Part shown: positions 53,640-61,306 of the stretch, one piece after another | Numbering within the stretch: position 1 is the stretch's first letter | Layout: the number at the start of each line of letters is the position of its first letter | Origin: an uncultured Thermoanaerobaculia bacterium | Lineage (GTDB): Bacteria; Acidobacteriota; Thermoanaerobaculia; Thermoanaerobaculales; Sulfomarinibacteraceae | DNA: 64,000 nt | Assembly: GCA_964552395.1 (NCBI GenBank) | Contig: CAZKGM010000015.1 | Coordinates: 2,853-66,852, forward strand | Direction: 5' to 3' | Made by a program: the position numbers and the translations under genes | The notes under the pieces: model-generated | Database searches by the model: none | Seen by the model: only the letters and a program-made list of their open reading frames with translations | Told to the model about the DNA's origin: nothing

Positions 53640-54094
53640 CGCGGGCCTCCTGCAGTCGGCGGCGAAGCATGCTGGCGGAGGAAGCCGTCGAGGGCCAAGA
53701 TCTCGATCCTCGTCACCTTCCCGTCCTCGAGCACGACGCCGACCCGTTCCAGAAACGCGCCCGCGAGCGGCGCAGATCCTCTCTCGGCCCGCAGTCGGGC
53801 GAAGTACACATCGAGATCGCTATGGAACCGCTCCCGCTCCGCGGCGGTGAGGTCGCCGGGAAGCCGCTCCTCGAGCCGTGCACGCGCCCTCTCCACGGCC
53901 CAGTCAACGCCCGTGTCGAGGAGAAAGAAGCTCGTCACCATCACCGCCGCCAGCACGATGACTCCGGCCAGGCAGCCGGTCGAACCCCAGCGCGCACAGC
54001 CAGATGGGGTCTGCCGTCTGCCGCTCAGTAGCGAGCCGGGCGGTAATCCGCCACTCGGGGTCGCATCACTCGGCACGGCTTGCCCGTTCGTCAT
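53636..54094 (-). CDS. hypothetical single-pass membrane protein, translationally coupled to uvrB
   Basis: [20 protein letters not shown] followed by a ~100-aa soluble domain ([20 protein letters not shown]...). The stop overlaps the uvrB start (ATGA at 53639-53636). Confidence 0.55.
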   Translation of the reverse strand: MTNGQAVPSDATPSGGLPPGSLLSGRRQTPSGCARWGSTGCLAGVIVLAAVMVTSFFLLDTGVDWAVERARARLEERLPGDLTAAERERFHSDLDVYFARLRAERGSAPLAGAFLERVGVVLEDGKVTRIEILALDGFLRQHASPPTAGGPR

Positions 54095-54130
54095 GAGGGT
54101 ATTGTACGGAATGAGCCGTACCGGCGACGG

Positions 54131-55087
54131 TCAGGCATCCTCGATCATGCGCAGGAACACGGTCACCACTTCGGGGTCCCACCACCCCTTGTCAAACGTC
54201 TCCGCCCGAAGCAGGTCGAGCGCCTCCGGAACGCTCATCGCCTTCCGGTAGCAGCGGTCGTTGGTGAGCGCGTCGTAGATGTCGACCACCTGGAAGACCC
54301 GCGCGAGATACGGGATCTTCGTGCCGCTCAGCCCGTCCGGGTATCCCGAGCCGTCGCGGCGCTCGTGGTGATGGTGAATGATGGGCAGGACCGGCTTGAG
54401 CGTGCGCATCGGGGCACAGATCTCGACCCCGATATTCACGTGCCGGCGCATCGTCACCCACTCCTCTTCGGTGAGCTTGCCCGGTTTAAGAAGGATGGCA
54501 TCGGAGATGCCGATTTTGCCGAGGTCGTGCAGGTACCCCCCGCGCCTGAGAGCCTTCAGGTCCTCGTCGGCAAGACCGAGCCGCTGACCGAGGCGTGTCG
54601 CGAGATGGGCAAGCCGGTCGCAATGCTCCCCCGTGTCCTCGTCGCGAGCCTCGATCGTGCGGGCGACCGAGAACAGGATCCGTTCGGCCGACTCGAGGTC
54701 CTCGGTAAGGCGGCGAAAGCCGACCAGGTTGCGCACCCTGACCTCGAGGTCGGTGACATCGCACGGCTTGTTGAGAAAGTCGGTGGCCCCCACCTCTAGA
54801 CCCTTGAGGCGAGCTTCCCGCGTGCTTCGTCCGGTCAGGAAGACGACCGGTATCAGCTGGGTCTCATCGTTCGCCTTGAGCTGCTGGCAGAGCTCATAGC
54901 CGTTCATCCCCGGCATCATGACGTCGAGCAGGATGACGTCGGGCTGCTGCTCGCGAGCCAGGATCAGCGCCGACTCGCCATCGAGCGCCTGCCAGACGTC
55001 GTAGCCGAGGCTGCCGAGCGCGGCGGCGAGCCCTTCGAGGGCCGCCGGGTCGTCGTCAACTGCGAGTACTGATCCTCTGTGATTCAC
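54131..55087 (-). CDS. response regulator with HD-GYP phosphodiesterase domain (RpfG-like)
   Basis: Receiver SVLAVDDD...DVMMPGMNG...LNKP. HD-GYP: GYLHDLGKIGI ... HHHHERRDGSGYPDGL. Confidence 0.9.
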   Translation of the reverse strand: MNHRGSVLAVDDDPAALEGLAAALGSLGYDVWQALDGESALILAREQQPDVILLDVMMPGMNGYELCQQLKANDETQLIPVVFLTGRSTREARLKGLEVGATDFLNKPCDVTDLEVRVRNLVGFRRLTEDLESAERILFSVARTIEARDEDTGEHCDRLAHLATRLGQRLGLADEDLKALRRGGYLHDLGKIGISDAILLKPGKLTEEEWVTMRRHVNIGVEICAPMRTLKPVLPIIHHHHERRDGSGYPDGLSGTKIPYLARVFQVVDIYDALTNDRCYRKAMSVPEALDLLRAETFDKGWWDPEVVTVFLRMIEDA

Positions 55088-55298
55088 TAGTGGTCACCGC
55101 GTCTCAGTATAGCATCGGCCCGTTCCCGGCCCCTGAGCGACCGCCGCTCGCCGTCTCGATACGCTACAGGATTCCGGCATGCCGCCCATCGGCGTGCTGT
55201 TGGTGTTCCGGCACTCTCGACGTGCCACCTGCATGCCCTCCGCGACTTCCCACGCTGAGGACGCGACATCGACGGATGTCGATCCGGTCACGTCTCCA

Positions 55299-56990
55299 TC
55301 ACTCGTGAGCAGGCCGGGCAAGAACCCAGCTGTCCGGATCGACGCTCAGCTTGGCTCCCCGAGGGACGAAGAGCTCACCGCGACCGCCGTTCATGTCGAG
55401 GCGGGTGGAGCGGCTCCCGATGCGGACCGGCAGCGGCATCTGGAACGACGTGTCATCCCAGCTCACCAAGACCTTTTCCCCACCCTCGGCGGAACGCCTC
55501 TGGAGGCGCCACTCGGGAAGGCTCGCACGGTAGAGGTAGCGTTCCCAAAACCAGGACAGATCGCGTTTCAGACGTTGATCCACGAAGTGCGTGAAGTCCC
55601 TTGTCGTGACCGTCCTGTAGGCGAAGCGCGGGTCGTTCGGGAAACCATGGAGAATGGCGAAGAAAGCGTCGTCGCCCACCAGCCAACGGAGTGTATGGAG
55701 TACCGACGCTCCCTTGGTGTAGATGTCTCGGGTATAGGCGCGGCTCGAGCTCAGGTTCCTTCCCTGCACAACCGGTACCTGGTTTCGGACCTGAGCGGCA
55801 AGCCTGCGCATGTACTCGAGGTAGCGATCGATGCCCTGGGTGTCGTTCACGTAGAGCGCTTCCGCGTAGGTCGCGAACCCCTCGTGCAGCCAGAGGTCGG
55901 CGAAGTCCGCAGCCGTGATCTTGTTGCCCCACCACTCGTGAGCCGTCTCGTGCAGCAGGATCGTGTCGAAGCCATACCTGTTGTCGGCAAACCCGCCCCC
56001 ATAGGCGATGAGCGTCTGGTGCTCCATCCCGAGGTACGGCGCCTCCACCGCCCAGTACTTGTCGCGGAGGAAGGGGTACTCCCCGAACCGCCGGCCGAGA
56101 ACCTCGAGGATGGTGGGGGCCTCCTCCCACAGGCGCCGGGCCATCTCCAGGTCCTCGGGAAGGGCCCAGAAGAGAATCGGCACGTCAAGGGTGCCGTCCA
56201 CGCCGTGGTAGCGCTCTTCGAGCGAACGGTACGGACCAACGTTGACCGTAACGTCGTAGTTGTTAATGGGGTACGAGACCCGCCAGCGGCTGGTGATTGT
56301 CCCGTTAGCGTTGTCCGCTGTGCCCATCGGCCGCCCGTTGGCGAGCCCGACCAGCCCGGCCGGCACCGTCAATGTAATGTCCATCCCCGCATCCGGCTCG
56401 TCGGCTGGGTTGTCCTTGCACGGCCACCAGACGTCGGCGCCATCCTCCTCGCAGGTGACACCGATCCACGGCCGCCGTCCCTCAGGCGTCGTCGCCCATA
56501 CGAACCCGGAGCCCCACGGCGGCTTGACGGCGACCATCGGCCGGCCGCGGTAGCCGAGGTACACACGGTGGGTTTCGCCCGGGCGCCAGCGTTGCGGCAG
56601 ACGCACCTGCACCCGTCCGTCGTGCTGACGGAACGAGACGCGGCGGCCGTCGACCCGGGCATCGATGACGTGCAGGCGACCGTCGAGATCACAGAGGTAG
56701 GTCTTCAGTGGGCCGATCACACGCACAGCGGTGTCGACCTTTCCCTCGATCCACCTCCTGGCCGGCAGCACGGTCACGTCGAGAGCCACGTGTTGAACGT
56801 CGTAGGCCGCCATCTCCGGCGGCAAGGCCCCGCCCGAGGATGGAGGCTGCCGGTCGCGGCACAGCCACATCGTCGCCACCGCCAGCATGGCCGCCACCAG
56901 GAGACCGCCGGCGATCAGCACCCTGAGATCGAGGCCCCGCCTCACGTTGAGAGTGTACCGCCCCCGCGCCGCTACAATGCCCAGCGACAA
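55299..56990 (-). CDS. M1-family zinc metallopeptidase (aminopeptidase N-like), membrane-anchored/exported
   Basis: GMEHQ (GxMEN-like), HETAHEWWGN (HExxH), and LWLHEGFATY (distal Glu). TTG start at 56990 in the track. GTG 56945 (VRRGLDLRVLIAGGLLVAAMLAVA) is an alternative. Confidence 0.88.
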   Translation of the reverse strand: MSLGIVAARGRYTLNVRRGLDLRVLIAGGLLVAAMLAVATMWLCRDRQPPSSGGALPPEMAAYDVQHVALDVTVLPARRWIEGKVDTAVRVIGPLKTYLCDLDGRLHVIDARVDGRRVSFRQHDGRVQVRLPQRWRPGETHRVYLGYRGRPMVAVKPPWGSGFVWATTPEGRRPWIGVTCEEDGADVWWPCKDNPADEPDAGMDITLTVPAGLVGLANGRPMGTADNANGTITSRWRVSYPINNYDVTVNVGPYRSLEERYHGVDGTLDVPILFWALPEDLEMARRLWEEAPTILEVLGRRFGEYPFLRDKYWAVEAPYLGMEHQTLIAYGGGFADNRYGFDTILLHETAHEWWGNKITAADFADLWLHEGFATYAEALYVNDTQGIDRYLEYMRRLAAQVRNQVPVVQGRNLSSSRAYTRDIYTKGASVLHTLRWLVGDDAFFAILHGFPNDPRFAYRTVTTRDFTHFVDQRLKRDLSWFWERYLYRASLPEWRLQRRSAEGGEKVLVSWDDTSFQMPLPVRIGSRSTRLDMNGGRGELFVPRGAKLSVDPDSWVLARPAHE

Positions 56991-57004
56991 GGAGGGGAAG
57001 CACC

Positions 57005-57568
57005 ATGCGCCATCATCCCGACATCCTCGACGCCGGTTCCATCGCTCTGGTCGTCGTCGACGTACAGGAGAGAATCAACGCGGTCATGGCGGACCAGCGT
57101 CACGTGCCGCGTCTGGCCGTCCTCGTACGTGCATTCCAGGCCCTCGACTTACCGGTGCTGGTCACCGAGCAGTACCCTAAGGGCCTCGGCAACACGATCC
57201 CCGAGCTCGCCGCCATCGCCGGCGGCACGCCCCTCGTCAAGGACAGCTTCTCCTGCTCAGGGGACACTGCCTTCGTAGCGGCGCTCGAGAGGCTGCGCCC
57301 GCGACAGGTCCTGCTCACCGGCATCGAGACCCATGTGTGCGTGGCGCAAACCGCCCTCGACCTACTCCACGCCGGCTACCAGGTGCAGATCCCACACGAC
57401 GCGGTCAACTCACGGCGATCCGCCGACCGTAAGTGGGCCCTACATCGCTTGCAGCAGGCCGGCGCCATCATTTCCTCGACCGAGTCGGCACTCTTCGAGC
57501 TTCTCGACCGCTGCGGCACGGAGGACTTCCGCACTATCTCGAAGCTGATCAAGGTGATCCCGCTGTAA
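57005..57568 (+). CDS. isochorismatase-family hydrolase
   Basis: GGAGGGG SD. ALVVVDVQERI (Asp), VTEQYPKG, LLTGIETHVCVAQTALD (Cys). Confidence 0.85.
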   Translation: MRHHPDILDAGSIALVVVDVQERINAVMADQRHVPRLAVLVRAFQALDLPVLVTEQYPKGLGNTIPELAAIAGGTPLVKDSFSCSGDTAFVAALERLRPRQVLLTGIETHVCVAQTALDLLHAGYQVQIPHDAVNSRRSADRKWALHRLQQAGAIISSTESALFELLDRCGTEDFRTISKLIKVIPL

Positions 57569-57590
57569 GCGATCGCTTCGTTCGCCCGCT

Positions 57591-58721
57591 TCAGTACCGC
57601 AGCAGCGCGGCGATCGAGTCGACCTCTCGCAGGTTGTCCGCGGCAGGTCCGTCCACCATCTCGACCCTCCCGCCCATGTCCAGCACCGCCTGACTCAGGC
57701 GGTCCACGAACCGCTTCACGCTCTCCAGAGGCTCTCCACACATCGGGCACCTCTCCTGGTCGGTCGCCGTGAACGCGCCGCAACCGCGGCACTCCCAACC
57801 GGAGGCTTCGGTGCCCTTGGCGTAGAAGAGCTTCCACACGCGGCCACGGCTGAGCGCATCGACCACGGCATCCAGCCCTGAAACCGCCTTGCCGCCGCCG
57901 TGCAGCTCGGAAAGCAGGCCCGTCACCAGCTCCTGCTCCTGCTCGCGCTCCATCTCCTCCTGCACCTCCCGGACACGATCCAGTACTTCCTGAACCGTCG
58001 CCGTTACTGCCATATTGATCGTTTTCAACAGCTTGCCGTGCACTCGGCGTGGCAGCAGGCGCGCCACCTGTCCGGCCGCCTCGGTCGGCCCCGCGACAAT
58101 CAACCTGTCGAACGGCATCTTGAGCGACAGGTCGAAGAGGGCATCGACTACCCGCTTGGCGTGCAATGCCACCTCTCTGTCGTGGTGGCGCTGAAACCTC
58201 GCCTGAGACCACCACTGGTCGGTGCCGGTCGTTTGAGCTCTGGTGCTGGTGGCCGACAGGAGGTCGGTCCGCTCGACAATCTCGCCGAGGTAGACGGTGA
58301 AGATGCGGGCACGCTTCTTCCCCGTCAGCACCACCGCGAAACGCTCATACTCGTCGAGCGCCTCGACGACCGGACGGAGGAACGCGCCGCGCCGCCAGTG
58401 CACCGAGGGCGCGATGTCAACCTGGATGGTGTGCACCTCTGCCACCCCGGTCGCCGGATGCACCACGACGAGGGCGGTCCTCCCTCTTGGCTCGAGCTGA
58501 TCCACGAGACTGAGTGCACCCTCGCACGCCGTTGCCAGGTCGCCGTCATCGCCATGCGAGGAGCGAAGCTCCTTCAGCATGGCCTCGGCCTGGACCACAT
58601 ACCCACGCCTGCGGTGCGACGGCCGGTTCTGGTCCGTCGCCACGTAGAGGGTCAGCGTCAGTGCCTCGTGCTCGGTCAAACGATGCAGCCGCCGAAGGAC
58701 AGCTCGATCCAGCATGGTCAC
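57591..58721 (-). CDS. bacterial archaeo-eukaryotic release factor (aeRF1/Vms1-like) family protein with inserted zinc ribbon
   Basis: Central loop TTGTDQWWSQARFQRHH (nt 58229-58182) aligns by eye with the eRF1 segment GRGGQSALRFARLR. Three-domain length (~376 aa). CxxC...CxxC ribbon: CRGCGAFTATDQERCPMCGEP. Confidence 0.6.
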   Translation of the reverse strand: MTMLDRAVLRRLHRLTEHEALTLTLYVATDQNRPSHRRRGYVVQAEAMLKELRSSHGDDGDLATACEGALSLVDQLEPRGRTALVVVHPATGVAEVHTIQVDIAPSVHWRRGAFLRPVVEALDEYERFAVVLTGKKRARIFTVYLGEIVERTDLLSATSTRAQTTGTDQWWSQARFQRHHDREVALHAKRVVDALFDLSLKMPFDRLIVAGPTEAAGQVARLLPRRVHGKLLKTINMAVTATVQEVLDRVREVQEEMEREQEQELVTGLLSELHGGGKAVSGLDAVVDALSRGRVWKLFYAKGTEASGWECRGCGAFTATDQERCPMCGEPLESVKRFVDRLSQAVLDMGGRVEMVDGPAADNLREVDSIAALLRY

Positions 58722-58779
58722 CTCCCGTCGCCCGAGTTGTCTGGCTCTCCTTCCAATATACGTCGGCTGCGCAAGGGGG

Positions 58780-59574
58780 TCAGCAGGAACGGCTCACACG
58801 GAGGTGTTGGAGAATGATTCCGGCTGCCACGGCCACGTTGAGAGACTCCACGCCGCGGCCGACCGGCACCGTGACCACGCCGTCGGCAAGGCCGACGAGG
58901 GCGGGGTCGAGGCCCATACCCTCGCTGCCGAGAAGCACGATCAGCGGCCGCCGAGGCTGCCAAGGCTCGATCGCCAAGCCGTCCGCGCCGGTGGCCCACA
59001 CCTCTCCGCCGTGCCGTCGGACGCGCTCAGCCGCCGTACCCGCCCCGACGCCGGTCTCCACAGGCACCCGGAACACGGCGGCCGCCGAACCGCGGACCGC
59101 GAGTGGCGAGTACGGGTCTGCGCAGCCCGGTGAGAGCAGTACAGCCTCGGCACCGAGTCCCGCGGCAGCACGAATGATGGCGCCGACGTTCCCGGGATCC
59201 TGAATCCGGTCCAGGAAGACGGCACAACCCTCCCGCCCGCTCCACGGCGGCGGCTCCGGCTCGGAGGCAACGGCCAGAACACCCTGCGAATGGCGAGTCG
59301 GCGCCAGCTGCTCCAGCACCCGCTCATCGACGACGAACGCCCGCTCTGCCGCGTGCAACCACGAGCCTGCCCACGCAGCCCCGGCGGTCGGTTCGTCGAG
59401 GTAGAGCTCGTGAATCGGAACTCCCCATCTGACAAGGTCGTCGAGCAGCCTTCTGCCGTCGATGACCACCTCACCTGGAGCGCGCTCGTGGAGCCGCCGA
59501 CGCAGCCGCTTGAGCCGCTCGCTATGCCGCCCCAGACGCTCCAGGTGACCGGAAACCCCATCAGTCATGTTCAT
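58780..59574 (-). CDS. TrmH/SpoU-family RNA 2'-O-methyltransferase
   Basis: Trimmed to MNMTDGVSGHLERLGRHSERLKRLRRRL (ATG 59574). SPOUT motifs DRIQDPGNVGAIIRAA, LLGSEGMGL, VTVPVGRGVESLNVAVAAGIIL. Confidence 0.85.
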   Translation of the reverse strand: MNMTDGVSGHLERLGRHSERLKRLRRRLHERAPGEVVIDGRRLLDDLVRWGVPIHELYLDEPTAGAAWAGSWLHAAERAFVVDERVLEQLAPTRHSQGVLAVASEPEPPPWSGREGCAVFLDRIQDPGNVGAIIRAAAGLGAEAVLLSPGCADPYSPLAVRGSAAAVFRVPVETGVGAGTAAERVRRHGGEVWATGADGLAIEPWQPRRPLIVLLGSEGMGLDPALVGLADGVVTVPVGRGVESLNVAVAAGIILQHLRVSRSC

Positions 59575-59640
59575 CGTCCGTTCTGCATTGTAGCCAGTGT
59601 CATTCGCCACGGGTAACGGCGGGAAGACCCGGAAACCGAT

Positions 59641-59926
59641 AACCACACAGGTACAGAAGAACAAAACCACGGATTACACGGATTTACACCGATTGGGAGA
59701 GGAAGATCGACAAACCGTTTGCTGCCCCGCGCGGCAGTCCCTCCGAGGTCGACTCCAGACCCCCAAGTCCGACAAGAATCGATGCCGCTCTCTTCTACAA
59801 TCCGTGAAATCCGTGAAATCCGTGATTCATCTCCTCTCCCCGTGGTCGAGAGAAAAACCCGTTTCTTCTTGCTCTTTTCTGCCTCTTTGCCCTCTCTGTG
59901 TTCTCTGAGCCTCTGTGGTTGGTTCC
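59641..59926. repeat. composite of three arms of the 9-nt-periodic element family, including inverted CACGGATT(A/T) arrays
   Basis: AACCACACAGGTACAGAAGAACAAAACCAC then CACGGATTA CACGGATTT ACACCGATT (59668-59694). A perfect 3x AATCCGTGA tandem (59799-59825, reverse complement of the former). A CACAGAG-type arm on the minus strand (59858-59926: ...CTCTCTGTGTTCTCTGAGCCTCTGTGGTTGGTTC). Confidence 0.7.
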
Positions 59927-60058
59927 CATCCGAGGCTGTAGGAAAACGGGGGTATTGAACCTCGGGGGTTTCTGCGATAATCCCCCGGACAGCGACCTCG
60001 GATCCCAGCCGTGGAACCCGAGGCAGGACCTGGAGAGCGATCCGTGTGAGCAACGGAC

Positions 60059-61306
60059 ATGTCTCCAAGAAAGGACCGAGCCGATCCCATGACGATTTCC
60101 CAGATCGGACGCACCATCGGCGCGTCGGTCACCCTCAAGCTCAACGAGACGGCGGCGATTCTCAGGGCGAAAGGGGACCCCGTGATTCACCTCGGAGGGG
60201 GCGAGCCGAAGGGACGCGCCCCCATCGACGCCATCCTCGGCGCAGCCGCCCTGCTGAGCTCGGGGGAGGTCCGCTACACGCCGGCGGACGGCATCCCGGC
60301 GCTCAAGAAAGCGATCATCCGCTACACCGAGGAGTTCTACGGACGCTCCCCCGCCCCCGAGAACGTCATGGCGTCGGGCGGCGCAAAGCAGGCGATCATG
60401 GTCTGCCTACAGGCCATCCTCAACCCTCAGGAGGAGGTCATCTTCCCGGCCCCGTACTGGGTGAGCTATCCCGACATGGTGAGGCTGGTGGGCGGTGTTC
60501 CGGTCCCGGTCACGCCCGAGGACGGCGGCTTCATCCCCCGCCTCCAGGACATCGAGCAGGTTCTCAGCCCATACACTCGGGCCGTGATCATTAACAGCCC
60601 CAACAACCCCAGCGGCGCCGTCTACCCGGAGTCGTTCATCGCCGAGATGGTCGAGCTGTGCGAACGGCGCGGGCTGTACCTGATCATGGACGACATCTAC
60701 CACCGCCTCATCTTCGACGGCCGCCAGCCGGTGAGCTGCTACGCGCATGCCAAGGACCACACCGAGAGCTCGAAGCTGGTCGTCATCAACGGCGTCTCCA
60801 AGCAGTACGCCATGACCGGCTTCAGGATCGGCTGGGCGGTGGCCAACCGCCGGCTCATCGAGGTCATGACCAACATCCAGGGTCACCAGACCTCGGGGCC
60901 CTCTGCTCTCCTACAGCATGCGGCGGTGGGTGCGATCAACGGCATCCAGTCGAGCGTCTCCAACCTCCGCATGACCCTGGAGAACAACCGCAACGTCCTC
61001 GTCGATCGGCTGCGCTCCTTTGCCGGCGTCAAGATCGAAGAGCCCGGGGGAACGTTCTACAGCTTCCCCGACTTCAGCGCCTACTCGAAGAACTCGGTGA
61101 AGCTCGCCGAGCTCCTGCTCGAGAAGGTGCAGGTGGTCACCGTCCCCGGTGCCGAGTTCGGTCGCGAGGGTCACCTGCGAATCTCGTTCTGCGGCTCCAT
61201 CAAGGACATCACCGAAGGCATCGCGCGCATGAAATGGGTGCTCGATCCCGATGCGCCCAACGAGCTCTACATCGGAGACCGCAAGCTGGTGAGGGACTGG
61301 TCATGA
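60059..61306 (+). CDS. PLP-dependent aminotransferase (aspartate aminotransferase-like, class I)
   Basis: VIHLGGGEP, SGGAKQAI, NSPNNPSG, and the PLP-lysine context NGVSKQYAMTGFRIGW. Alternative start ATG 60089 (MTISQIG...). Confidence 0.88.
   Translation: MSPRKDRADPMTISQIGRTIGASVTLKLNETAAILRAKGDPVIHLGGGEPKGRAPIDAILGAAALLSSGEVRYTPADGIPALKKAIIRYTEEFYGRSPAPENVMASGGAKQAIMVCLQAILNPQEEVIFPAPYWVSYPDMVRLVGGVPVPVTPEDGGFIPRLQDIEQVLSPYTRAVIINSPNNPSGAVYPESFIAEMVELCERRGLYLIMDDIYHRLIFDGRQPVSCYAHAKDHTESSKLVVINGVSKQYAMTGFRIGWAVANRRLIEVMTNIQGHQTSGPSALLQHAAVGAINGIQSSVSNLRMTLENNRNVLVDRLRSFAGVKIEEPGGTFYSFPDFSAYSKNSVKLAELLLEKVQVVTVPGAEFGREGHLRISFCGSIKDITEGIARMKWVLDPDAPNELYIGDRKLVRDWS

Noticed and set aside
60658-61302. 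215-aa N-terminal extension of the pckA ORF given in the track (60658-62955). Similar upstream extensions appear on other ORFs: 28514-28801 (RND1), 16634-16702 (hyuA), 9831-9986, 19416-19595, 44196-44291, 59575-59670.
   Set aside because: The extensions overlap the preceding real gene in another frame or cover promoter DNA. They have junk-like composition. The conserved protein N-termini begin at internal starts that have SD sequences or stop/start overlaps.
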